From NCBI GenBank assembly GCA_965224705.1, contig OZ245056.1:864001-928000 (forward strand): a DNA stretch of 64,000 nucleotides, given 5' to 3'. The notes beneath the pieces were generated by a model. That model was not told the origin of the DNA, made no database searches, and saw only the letters and a list, made by a program, of their open reading frames with translations. The DNA is from Spirochaetaceae bacterium (GTDB taxonomy: Bacteria > Spirochaetota > Spirochaetia > DSM-2461). Positions within the stretch are counted from its first letter, which is position 1. Every line of letters starts with the position of its first letter. Shown piece after piece: positions 39,745-49,024 of this stretch. The translations under genes were made by a program, and so were the position numbers.

Positions 39745-40949
39745 CAGACTCTTTTCAAAGCCACTGCGGTGCCCATACCACCTCCAGCACAGAGGGCGGC
39801 CAGGCCGTGATCCTCTCCTCTTTTCATCATCTCATGGAGAAGCGTTACTATGATTCTGGCACCAGAAGCACCCAGAGGATGCCCCAGAGCAATCGCCCCT
39901 CCATTCACGTTGCACCGCTCGAGAATTGCCTCTTCCCCCTCTCCATGTTCAATGGTCAGTTCCTTAATCACTCCCAGAGCCTGGGCTGCGAAAGCTTCGT
40001 TAAGTTCGATAAGACCGAATGATGAGAGTTTGAGCCCTGTGGAATTGGTGAGTTTTGCGATGGCCGGAACCGGTCCAAGACCCATGATTTCCGGAGCGAT
40101 TCCAGCCTGGGCTGCCGCTTCAATTTCCGCCATAGGATTGAGACCTAATTTCTGAACAGCGGATTCGGATGCGATGATAAGAATGGCCGCACCATCATTG
40201 ATTCCCGAGGAGTTTCCTGCCGTTACAGTGCCGTCTTTCTTGAAGGCAGGCCGCAGTTTGGCGAGAGTTTCTTCAGAGGTATCCGGACGAAGATGTTCAT
40301 CTTCGGAAAAAACTGAGGTTTTACGGCGCTGCTGTACTTCCACGGGAACAATTTCATCAGAAAACTTTCCGGCATCAACTGCGGCTGACGCTTTTTTTTG
40401 ACTCCCCAATGCAAAGACATCCTGGGCCCTTCGGGAGATTGTATGCTTCTCGGCCACATTTTCAGCGGTTACACCCATGTGATAGCCGTTGAATACATCA
40501 GTCAGTGAATCAGCAATCATGGAATCGGAGGCCTCAAATCCTCCGAGTTTGTTTCCCCATCGAGTGGAAGGCGGAAGTGTGAAGGGTGCCGCACTCATGT
40601 TTTCCATGCCTCCAGCCACAATAATGTCGGCCTCTCCGGCCAGGATACTGGCACGGGCCGTCATCACTGATTTCATACCGCTTGAGCAGAGGATATTCAG
40701 GGTATAACCTGGTTTCGTTTCGGGAATTCCAGCTTTCATAGAGGCCTGTCTGCCGGGTCCCATGCCCACAGCCCCCTGTATCACGTGGCCAAGTACAGTG
40801 TAATCCACCATGTCCGGCTTGATTCCGGCATCCGCCAGGGCCGCCCTGATAACCACGGCAGCGATGTCCGGGGCCGGGGTGTCCTTTAAACTCCCGCCAA
40901 AAGATCCAATAGCCGAACGTTTAGCGGCAACAACATAAACTTTTTGCAT
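39744..40949 (-). CDS. Acetyl-CoA C-acyltransferase (thiolase)
   Basis: NILCSSG, ELNEAFA, NGGAIALGHPLGASG, LCAGGGMG. Confidence 0.95.
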   Translation of the reverse strand: MQKVYVVAAKRSAIGSFGGSLKDTPAPDIAAVVIRAALADAGIKPDMVDYTVLGHVIQGAVGMGPGRQASMKAGIPETKPGYTLNILCSSGMKSVMTARASILAGEADIIVAGGMENMSAAPFTLPPSTRWGNKLGGFEASDSMIADSLTDVFNGYHMGVTAENVAEKHTISRRAQDVFALGSQKKASAAVDAGKFSDEIVPVEVQQRRKTSVFSEDEHLRPDTSEETLAKLRPAFKKDGTVTAGNSSGINDGAAILIIASESAVQKLGLNPMAEIEAAAQAGIAPEIMGLGPVPAIAKLTNSTGLKLSSFGLIELNEAFAAQALGVIKELTIEHGEGEEAILERCNVNGGAIALGHPLGASGARIIVTLLHEMMKRGEDHGLAALCAGGGMGTAVALKRV

Positions 40950-40958
40950 AGAAACCTC

Positions 40959-42278
40959 CTAATGCATGTATCCGATTTTTTTAGCCTCAGCTTCGAGTTG
41001 ATCCCGAAAATCCGGATGGGCGATGGAAATCAGTTTGTGTGCCCTCTCGGTTACAGTTCGTCCCCGAAGCTGTACGGCTCCGTACTCTGTGGCCACCCAG
41101 TCCAGATCCTGTCGAGGAATACTGATCATGCTTCCCGATGTCAGAACAGGAACAATGGTGGAAACCATTCCTTTTTTTGCCGTGGATTTCAGAGCGATGA
41201 TGCCCTTCCCTCCATCAGAAATCTGAGCTCCCCGATGAGTATCCAGTTGACCACCGGTTCCCGAGTACTGAATTGGTCCAATGGCTTCAGAACTCACCTG
41301 TCCGGTGAGATCGATGGACATGGCGGTGTTAATGCTGATCATCCGATTGTTTTTCGCAATGACTTCCGGTTTGTTCACATAACTGCCCCGGAGAATGAAT
41401 ACTCCGGGATTGTTGTCCATCCAGTCGTACATCCGCTGGGAACCCAGGGCGAAGGTGCAGATGAATTTCCCAGGCCAGAGCTCTTTGTTCCTGTTGGTTA
41501 TACTGCCGCCTTCAAAAAGATCAATCATGCTCTCGGCGAACATCTCCGTGTGAACACCCAGATCCTTCTTGTCCTTGAGGAGCAGGGCAACGGCGTTGGG
41601 TATTTTGCCTATGCCTATCTGCAAGGTTGCCCCGTTGGGAACCAGGTCAGCAATGTGGGAAGCAATCTGGTTTTCAATTTTTCCAGGCTGTGCCAGTGGA
41701 ATGGTCGGGAGCTGCTGACTGTGTTCCACTGCAAAATCCACCTGACTGATGTGAACCTGGGTGTCTCCATGGATCCAGGGAACCTGGTCATTGACCTCCA
41801 TCACCACAGTGTCCGCCGCTTCAATCACATCCATTTCATACACATTGGAGAGTCCAATATTGAAGTAACCTGTCTTCTCCTGCATGGGTGTGGAGGGCCC
41901 CCAGAAGGTGATATGAACTCCTTCATCCTTGAGAGCCTTGATTTTATTCACTCCCGCCTGATGAAGGTTGTTGGGAATAAAGGTAACCAGATCATAACCC
42001 TTTTCAGCTGCCATTCGGTTGGATGGGCCATAGAACCAGTTTTCGTTGAGAAAAAGACCTTCATACTTCGGATCCTCACAGAAGGGATAGCCGGTCAGGT
42101 TGAGACAGCTGATGATTCTCAAGAACTCGAAGTGATCCGCATACTCGTGGACCCTGGACATGAAGCCCTGAGTTTCCATGGAGGCCATGGACATGATGAC
42201 CACACCTTTTTTCGGCAGGCGTACCATCGCTTCATCCATGGTCAGTTTTTTCTCCCAGTACCGGGATTTCCAACTCAT
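40959..42278 (-). CDS. Acetyl-CoA hydrolase/transferase family (4-hydroxybutyrate CoA-transferase-like)
   Basis: TLQIGIGKIPNAV, LGVHTEMF, YSGTGGQLD, TEYG, LISIAHPDFR. Confidence 0.9.
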   Translation of the reverse strand: MSWKSRYWEKKLTMDEAMVRLPKKGVVIMSMASMETQGFMSRVHEYADHFEFLRIISCLNLTGYPFCEDPKYEGLFLNENWFYGPSNRMAAEKGYDLVTFIPNNLHQAGVNKIKALKDEGVHITFWGPSTPMQEKTGYFNIGLSNVYEMDVIEAADTVVMEVNDQVPWIHGDTQVHISQVDFAVEHSQQLPTIPLAQPGKIENQIASHIADLVPNGATLQIGIGKIPNAVALLLKDKKDLGVHTEMFAESMIDLFEGGSITNRNKELWPGKFICTFALGSQRMYDWMDNNPGVFILRGSYVNKPEVIAKNNRMISINTAMSIDLTGQVSSEAIGPIQYSGTGGQLDTHRGAQISDGGKGIIALKSTAKKGMVSTIVPVLTSGSMISIPRQDLDWVATEYGAVQLRGRTVTERAHKLISIAHPDFRDQLEAEAKKIGYMH

Positions 42279-42347
42279 TTGCAGCTCCTTGTTAGCCTCT
42301 TTCCGACCAGACGAATATCCAGTGACGACAGCAGGCAGCGAGTCTAT

Positions 42348-43079
42348 CTAAAGCTTCAGCCCGCCATCCACCTTTAAGACCTGCCCGGTGATGAATGAAG
42401 AGGCATCCGAAGCAAAGAACAGTGCGGCCGCAGCTATATCTTCGGGGGTACCCATCCGGCCAAGAGCCGTATTGCCCACCATTATATCCAGTACTTTCTG
42501 AGGAACTTTTTCCGTCATCGGAGTGGCAATGAATCCCGGAGCCAGGGCATTTACCCGAACCCGAGCTCCCTTGCGTGCAAATTCCCTGGCCCAGGTTTTC
42601 GTCATACCAATGACACCTGCTTTGGTGGCCGAATAATTTGTTTGACCGATGTTTCCGTCAACACCAACCACAGAAGCCATATTGATGATGGATCCCGATC
42701 CAGCTTCCGTCATCTTTGGACCGATGGCCCGGGTCATGTTGAATACACCCTTGAGATTGATGGAAACCACAAGGTCCCAATCCTCATCGCTGGTGTTTTG
42801 AATCAGACCATCCCGGGTGATTCCAGCATTGTTGACCAGAACATCAACCGCACCATCGGCGGTGAGTACTTCCTGAGTGAACTTTGCAATACCATCAACA
42901 TCCGTCACATCCAGAACACAGGGAACGATGTTCCCGGCAGTTCCCTTCAAAGCCTCGATATTGACATCACAGGCGTAGACTTTCCCTGCTCCGGCGGCAG
43001 AAAAACGATCAACGATTTCCCGGCCAATTCCCCGAGCTCCCCCGGTAACGATACAGATCTTTCCATTCAAATTCATCAC
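42348..43079 (-). CDS. fabG: 3-oxoacyl-ACP/CoA reductase (SDR)
   Basis: TGGARGIG, NNAGITRD, GNIGQTNYSATK. Confidence 0.85.
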   Translation of the reverse strand: MMNLNGKICIVTGGARGIGREIVDRFSAAGAGKVYACDVNIEALKGTAGNIVPCVLDVTDVDGIAKFTQEVLTADGAVDVLVNNAGITRDGLIQNTSDEDWDLVVSINLKGVFNMTRAIGPKMTEAGSGSIINMASVVGVDGNIGQTNYSATKAGVIGMTKTWAREFARKGARVRVNALAPGFIATPMTEKVPQKVLDIMVGNTALGRMGTPEDIAAAALFFASDASSFITGQVLKVDGGLKL

Positions 43080-43100
43080 ATTCTCCTTAACTTCATATTT

Positions 43101-44117
43101 TCAACCCCATTGTACTGTTGCGGCGGCCCATACAAAACCCAATCCGGCACCCACCATTACAACGGTGTCTCCATTCTTTATTCTACCAGCTTTCAGCCCT
43201 TCTACCAGAGATATAACCTGATCGTTCTGACCGATATGTCCGTACATTTTGAGATAGGTTGTCTGGTCTTCCCTGAGTCTCAACTCCTTCATCACGAAAT
43301 CATGGGAGGACTTTTTGAAATGGAGGATGGCCAGATAATCGATATCCCCTCGATTCTTTCCCGCTGCAGCAAGGCTTTCATCAATTACTCCGAAGAAATT
43401 CGGCAGAGTGCATTCTCCCAGCTTGTTTTTAAATTCGACCGGATCGTCAATAGTAAAATACATTGCCTTTATATCTTCACTTTCCATTGGCCATTTCTTC
43501 GACCCTCCAACTTTGATGGTGCACAACCGGCTGAAGGAGCCATCCCCCCTGAAGGCCGTTCCCTGAATTACATTCCTCTCAAAACCCTTTTTCAGGAGCA
43601 GGGCGGCTCCTCCGGCCCCAATGTCGAACATGAAGCTCGTCTCAGGAACTTTGTAGTTGATAAGATCTCCGTTTCGGTAACCGCTCACCAGCAGAACGCA
43701 CCTGTATCCATCATTAACCAGCATCAGGGAACGGGCAATTTCCATTCCAGCCATCATGGAACCGCACATGGCCTCCATGTCGAAGGACCAGGCTTTTCTG
43801 GCTCCCAGTTCATCGGCAATGTTCAATCCTGCCAGCCAACAGGGATAGTCCTTATGCTGGGCTCCATTCCAGATGATGATGTCGATGTCCGCCGGATCCA
43901 CACCGGCCATATCAATGGCCTCTCTGGCCGCAGCCAGTCCCATGGATGCCGTGGTGTCATGGGGACCGGGGACGGGCTTCCTCTCCACACCGAACTTTTC
44001 CCGGATCACTTCCTCGGGGATTCCTGAATTTCTGGCGATCATGGAAGCATCCATGAAGGTGGAGGGAGTGTAAATTCCCCATCCGGCAATTCCAATATCT
44101 GTCGAAAAACTCATCAT
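43101..44117 (-). CDS. 3-oxoacyl-ACP synthase III-like protein
   Basis: GIYTP, DMEAMCGS, LAILHFK, YGHIGQND, GAGLGFVW. Confidence 0.85.
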   Translation of the reverse strand: MMSFSTDIGIAGWGIYTPSTFMDASMIARNSGIPEEVIREKFGVERKPVPGPHDTTASMGLAAAREAIDMAGVDPADIDIIIWNGAQHKDYPCWLAGLNIADELGARKAWSFDMEAMCGSMMAGMEIARSLMLVNDGYRCVLLVSGYRNGDLINYKVPETSFMFDIGAGGAALLLKKGFERNVIQGTAFRGDGSFSRLCTIKVGGSKKWPMESEDIKAMYFTIDDPVEFKNKLGECTLPNFFGVIDESLAAAGKNRGDIDYLAILHFKKSSHDFVMKELRLREDQTTYLKMYGHIGQNDQVISLVEGLKAGRIKNGDTVVMVGAGLGFVWAAATVQWG

Positions 44118-44818
44118 TACAACCCCAGATAGACCTTTACGATATGGGGGTTAACTTTCAATTCTTCGGCACTGCCGGCAATGGCAATTTCACCATTTTC
44201 AAGTACATATCCCCGATCCACCGCTCTGAGGGATTCCCGGACATTCTGTTCGGTTACCAGAATGGCGATGTCATTTTTCATTTCTCTCAGGATACCGAAA
44301 AGCTCATCAACAATGCTTGGCTGAAGGCCAAGGGAAGGTTCATCCAGAATCAGAAGTTTCGGATCCGCCATCAAAGCCCTCCCAATGGCCAACTGTCTTT
44401 GTTGACCTCCGCTCATGGTTCCTGCCAGTTGGGATTGTCTCTCTTTCAGAATTGGAAAGGAAAGGAACACGGACTCCATCCGTTCCTCCATTCCCTCGGC
44501 CTTGCCGGGAATGTACAGACAGCCCATTTCCAGGTTGTTCCGGACCGTCATTCGGGGAAAAAGCTCCCTCTCCTGGGGCACCAGGGCAATTCCCATCCGT
44601 GCGGTTTCGTGGGGTTCTATTCCAGTGATGTTCCTTCCGCCGAAGCTGATGGTTCCAGCGGTTGGCTTGATGAAACCCATCAGGGCATTGATGAGCGTTG
44701 TTTTGCCTGCTCCGTTGGGACCGAAGAGACCGACTGATTCATTCCCGACACTCAGACTCAAGTTGCGAACGACTTGAATATGTCCGTAGGAGCAGTTCAA
44801 TCCGTCTATCTTCAGCAT
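44117..44818 (-). CDS. Liv-type ABC ATP-binding protein (LivF-like)
   Basis: GPNGAGKTT, AGTMSGGQQRQL, LDEPSLGL. Confidence 0.9.
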   Translation of the reverse strand: MLKIDGLNCSYGHIQVVRNLSLSVGNESVGLFGPNGAGKTTLINALMGFIKPTAGTISFGGRNITGIEPHETARMGIALVPQERELFPRMTVRNNLEMGCLYIPGKAEGMEERMESVFLSFPILKERQSQLAGTMSGGQQRQLAIGRALMADPKLLILDEPSLGLQPSIVDELFGILREMKNDIAILVTEQNVRESLRAVDRGYVLENGEIAIAGSAEELKVNPHIVKVYLGL

Positions 44819-45537
44819 CAGGTTTCCTTTCCAAGGTAGGCATCAATAACCTGCCTGTTTTTAGCCACTTCTTCATAGGCTCCCCGGGCAATGACTGTCC
44901 CGGCATCCAGAACTATAACATTGTGGGTCAGTTCCTTTATGACACCCATCACATGTTCAACCACTCCAATTCCAAGGTTTTGTCTGGAAGCAACGTCCTT
45001 GATGAAATCAATCAGTGCCAGAGATTCCTCACTGGTGAGTCCGGCCATCACCTCATCCAGAAAGAGAATGGTTGGCTCGGTGGACAGGGCCTGGGCAATT
45101 TCCATCTTTTTCACTTCAAGGACCGTCAATTCGTCCACAGGTCTTTCCAGGTCGTCCAGACCAAGACTGGCACAGAGATTTTCCGCCTTGACCCGGGCCT
45201 CCTTCTTCCCTGCCCCCCTGGCAAAGAGATAACCTACCATCACATTCTCTATGAGATTCAGATTTTCAAGAGGATGAATGATCTGGAAGGTTCGGCCCAA
45301 TCCCAGGCGGCTTCGTTCGTAGGAAGGCAGGGAGGTGATGTTCCTGTCATCCAGTTCCACAGTACCGCTCGTTGGTAGATATACCCCGGATATGAGGTGG
45401 ATGAGGGTCGTTTTCCCAGCACCATTGGGGCCGATGATACCGGTAATCTGGCCGGGTTTCAGATGAAAGTCCACATTGTCGACAGCAGTCAAACCGCCGA
45501 ATTTCCTGGTCAGTCCAGTTGTTTTCAGTCCTTTCAT
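44818..45537 (-). CDS. Liv-type ABC ATP-binding protein (LivG-like)
   Basis: FGGLTAVDNV, GLGRTFQ, LDEVMAGL, VIDAYLG. Confidence 0.9.
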   Translation of the reverse strand: MKGLKTTGLTRKFGGLTAVDNVDFHLKPGQITGIIGPNGAGKTTLIHLISGVYLPTSGTVELDDRNITSLPSYERSRLGLGRTFQIIHPLENLNLIENVMVGYLFARGAGKKEARVKAENLCASLGLDDLERPVDELTVLEVKKMEIAQALSTEPTILFLDEVMAGLTSEESLALIDFIKDVASRQNLGIGVVEHVMGVIKELTHNVIVLDAGTVIARGAYEEVAKNRQVIDAYLGKET

Positions 45538-46502
45538 ACAGCAGACTCTGCTTCCAGGGGATCTTTTCTGCTTCGGCGGCGGCCCGATGCGATTTCAGCC
45601 GACAGACCGACGATTCCCCGGGGCATGTAGAGGATTACCAGAATGATGATTATGCCGTAAACAATGAGATGCCCATAGGGAATGATGAGTTTCAGGTATT
45701 CAGCAATGAACCCGAGAATCAGAGAACCAACTACGGGCCCCCATGTCCCATAGATCCCCCCAAGTAGGGCCATGGCCAGGGGCAACAGGGTAAAATCACT
45801 TGAGAAGCTGTTATCCGGGGTAACGAAACCATAGATCTGGGCGTATACGGCACCAGCCATGCCCATGAGGGCGGAACTGATAGTGAACACCCGATTCAAT
45901 GTACCAGGAACATTGATGCCCCGGCTCATGGCTACAATCTCGTTGTTTCGTATTGCCGTCATGGCAAAGTGAAGCCGACCTTTTTCAACGTACTGGGAAA
46001 CGGAGATCACCAGGAAGACAAGTCCCAATGTGAGCAGGTAGGATGGCCAGGGTTCTCCTTCGAAGATGACTGAGGAGAGAAGTTTTCCCTCCGGTCCACC
46101 GGTAAAGCTCTTCCAGTTTCGAATGATTATTCTGAATATTTCCCCCAATGCCAGGGTTGCAATGGCGAAGTACATCCCCCGGAGTTTGAGAATGATCCTT
46201 CCAATAAGGAAGGCTGTCATACCCGTAACAATCCCTGCGAATAAGATGCTTGTCAGTCCGTTCATTTGAAGAGAGACGGATGAAAGAACGGACGCATAGG
46301 CTCCCAGTCCAAAAAATCCAGCCAGACCAAAGGACAGTTGTCCCGAACGAAGCAGGATGTCCCAGCTCAATGCCAGTGCCAGGTAGATGAAGACTGTCCG
46401 GATGATGGACTGGGGATAGGCTCCCGCATAAAGAGGAAAGAGAATGGCGGCCAGTAGTATCAGGAGCAGGCAGGCCCATTTGACTACCGATGTATTTCTC
46501 AT
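45534..46502 (-). CDS. Liv-type ABC permease (LivM-like)
   Basis: GQLSFG, LRGMYFAIATL, TGGPEG, LLGG..GPVVG. Confidence 0.9.
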   Translation of the reverse strand: MRNTSVVKWACLLLILLAAILFPLYAGAYPQSIIRTVFIYLALALSWDILLRSGQLSFGLAGFFGLGAYASVLSSVSLQMNGLTSILFAGIVTGMTAFLIGRIILKLRGMYFAIATLALGEIFRIIIRNWKSFTGGPEGKLLSSVIFEGEPWPSYLLTLGLVFLVISVSQYVEKGRLHFAMTAIRNNEIVAMSRGINVPGTLNRVFTISSALMGMAGAVYAQIYGFVTPDNSFSSDFTLLPLAMALLGGIYGTWGPVVGSLILGFIAEYLKLIIPYGHLIVYGIIIILVILYMPRGIVGLSAEIASGRRRSRKDPLEAESAV

Positions 46503-47419
46503 GCTCGATCTCTCTGATAGGACCGGAAGAGAATCACTCCGATGATGATGGCAAAGAAAACAATATGGCTCCAGTTGCCATACCCCTTGAAGGATGATAT
46601 GAATGCCTCGGCTATACCCAGGCCCAGGGCCGCAAAGAGGATGGCCGGGAGATTGCCTATCCCTGCCATGGCCACAAGGGCGAAGCTTTTCATTGTAAAG
46701 GGGCCTCCTACACCGGGGAAAATTGACTGCTTGGTCAGGAAGAATCCTCCAACGAAACCCACCAGTGCGGCAGAAATACCAAAAACCAGCATGTAGGTGC
46801 GATTCACATTGATTCCCATAAGCTGGGCCCCGATGGGATTCTGACCCGTAGCTACCGCAGCCCGGCCGATTTTTGTTCTCTTCAGAAACCAGAGAAGTCC
46901 CAGAAGTATGACCGCTGCCAGAGCAACGAAGATGAAGTCATACGTTCCGAAATACTCCTCTCCAATCCGGGCCGATGCCGTAACATAATCCAGACTGAGC
47001 TTTCGCGGCTGGCTGGTGGCGATCAGGTTTATTCCCTGTATCAAAACAATGGCAATACCGAAGGTAAGAATAAGCTGATTGAGTTCCGGAGCCTTCAGGG
47101 TGCGGCTGATTGTTAACTTGAAGATCAGTACCCCCACAACGAAAAGAACCAGGGAGGCCGGAATCGCGGCCAGCAGGGGATCCATACCCAGTTGGGAGGC
47201 CAGAAAATAGGTAAGATAGCATGAAACCATCATGAATTCCCCATGGGCCAGATTGACGATGTGGACAATCCCAAGAACCAGACCCATGGGGATGGCAATG
47301 GAGGCATAGAGCCCCGCCCTCTGTGTTCCATAGATGATAACGGTGGGTTTCCACATATAGAGCAGTATCAGCAGGATCAGGGCAATGGCTCCCCCGGTAA
47401 ACATCATCCATCTTTTCAT
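46499..47419 (-). CDS. Liv-type ABC permease (LivH-like)
   Basis: IVNLAHGEF, TKIGRA, AQLMGIN. Confidence 0.9.
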   Translation of the reverse strand: MKRWMMFTGGAIALILLILLYMWKPTVIIYGTQRAGLYASIAIPMGLVLGIVHIVNLAHGEFMMVSCYLTYFLASQLGMDPLLAAIPASLVLFVVGVLIFKLTISRTLKAPELNQLILTFGIAIVLIQGINLIATSQPRKLSLDYVTASARIGEEYFGTYDFIFVALAAVILLGLLWFLKRTKIGRAAVATGQNPIGAQLMGINVNRTYMLVFGISAALVGFVGGFFLTKQSIFPGVGGPFTMKSFALVAMAGIGNLPAILFAALGLGIAEAFISSFKGYGNWSHIVFFAIIIGVILFRSYQRDRA

Positions 47420-47443
47420 ATCAACTCACTCTTTGAGTACAAA

Positions 47444-47463
47444 GGGCGGGCATTGTCCCGCCC
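47444..47463 (-). terminator. Hairpin with short U tract after the binding-protein gene
   Basis: Minus strand GGGCGGG-ACAATG-CCCGCCC-TTT. Confidence 0.55.
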
Positions 47464-47476
47464 GAATCAAATTCGA

Positions 47477-48697
47477 TCAGCGCTGTTTCCAGTCCGGAAA
47501 TGGATGAATGGGTTCGGCCGTCTGGTATTCAAATGGCCAGATGACTTCCTGTTGGCCATTCTGCCACTGAAGGATTTTCTGACCACGGATGCCCTGATGC
47601 TGGATGATTCTGGAAGGAGAAAAGGTGATAGTTTCTCCCAGAGGAGAATCGTATTCCATGGCTTCCATCGCAGTAATGAGGGCCTCGGTTTCCAGAGTAC
47701 CGGCGGCTTCAATGGCCTGGGCAACTATGTAAACCGCAGAATAACCCAGAGGGGCAAAATAGGTTGCGGGATTGCTTCCGTATGCGGCAATATAGGCGGC
47801 AGAAAAAGCTTTGCTCACATCAGAAACTTCGTTGAGTGAGGGAGCCCACATACCGTAGAGGGTAACACCGTCTGCCAGATCAGAGTCTCCGAAATCAGCC
47901 GGCCATCCTGGAGGGGCACCAACGAAAAGAGGTGGAGCAAAATCCATAGCCTTGGCCTGTTCCATAATGGGCAGGGCGTCTGCACCGTATCCAGCCCAGA
48001 GAAAGATATCCGGGTTGGCAGCCTTGGCGGATTCAAGAACAGCAGTATAGTCACCACCACCGCCGCTGGCAGAGGTGAATGAATCTCCATCAAAGGTTCC
48101 AATACCCGAATAAAGCTCTTTGGATGCGTCAAAGGAGGCAGAACCAAAGGGGCCATCTTCGTATGCCATAAACCATTTCTCGGTTTTTATATAGCTGTAT
48201 TTCTCTCCCAGAGCCTTCCATCCATCCACGTAACTCTGACCCTGGTTGTAGTCCCAGGGATGAAGGTGGAAGTACCAGGGGGCATCGGATCCGACAGCTT
48301 CTTCAGCCTTATGGCTGGCAGCACCGGTCCACAGGGTGAGTTTTTTGTACTTCTTCAAGGTGGGGATCTGCCCGAGGTGAACCCCGGAAGCCATTCCACC
48401 GATGAAAACATCAACCTGGTCAACAGTCGCAAGGCGTTCAAGGGCGGCAGCACCCTTGTCAGGTTTGAATTCACTGTCTATTACAATGAGTTCCAGCGGG
48501 CGTCCCAAAATGCCGCCGGCAGCATTGATCTCCTCAACGGCCATCTCAGCTGCTTTGGTAGCCTGTTCGCCGGTAATATCGGCCAGGGGCCAGACGCCTC
48601 CGAGCTTAATAGGATCATCCATGTTTTCCTGATTTCCTTTTGCCATCAGCATGGAGGCTGATACCAATAGAACGATAAATGGTAGTAAGCGCTTCAT
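47477..48697 (-). CDS. Liv-type ABC substrate-binding protein
   Basis: Signal peptide, AVEEINAAGGILGRPLELIVIDSE. Confidence 0.9.
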   Translation of the reverse strand: MKRLLPFIVLLVSASMLMAKGNQENMDDPIKLGGVWPLADITGEQATKAAEMAVEEINAAGGILGRPLELIVIDSEFKPDKGAAALERLATVDQVDVFIGGMASGVHLGQIPTLKKYKKLTLWTGAASHKAEEAVGSDAPWYFHLHPWDYNQGQSYVDGWKALGEKYSYIKTEKWFMAYEDGPFGSASFDASKELYSGIGTFDGDSFTSASGGGGDYTAVLESAKAANPDIFLWAGYGADALPIMEQAKAMDFAPPLFVGAPPGWPADFGDSDLADGVTLYGMWAPSLNEVSDVSKAFSAAYIAAYGSNPATYFAPLGYSAVYIVAQAIEAAGTLETEALITAMEAMEYDSPLGETITFSPSRIIQHQGIRGQKILQWQNGQQEVIWPFEYQTAEPIHPFPDWKQR

Positions 48698-48820
48698 TTA
48701 CTTCTCCTTATAAAGACCACAGGTCTGTTTCCGTGTTTGTGGTCCTGCCGGAATCTCCGGCCTTGTCGGCATTCCATGCTGCCGCTCGCATCCTTCTGTT
48801 CCCCGTCCATCCAATAAAAG

Positions 48821-48869
48821 TGATGGGTGAATCATCTCTCAATTATACTGTGCCGTAGAGCTGCGTCAA
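48821..48869 (-). promoter_or_regulatory. Promoter with adjacent palindromic candidate operator
   Basis: Minus strand TTGACG-16-TATAAT (48869-48842); TGAT-N6-ATCA at 48821-48834. Confidence 0.55.
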
Positions 48870-49024
48870 GTGAGGCAGGTGTGGAATTTCCAAAAAATAC
48901 TGACCCTGGATGGAAACAAAAACAGGGTATTTTCATCGGGAATCGGAGTCAGGCCGCTTCAGGAAAACTGTATCTTCCAGGGCAGGAGTTGAACAGGAGG
49001 GGTCCCTGAAGAGTCATGCTTCGC

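Noticed and set aside
40944..44027. Long plus-strand ORFs of 477 and 461 aa
   Set aside because: Antisense shadows of well-supported minus-strand genes, with no recognisable motifs
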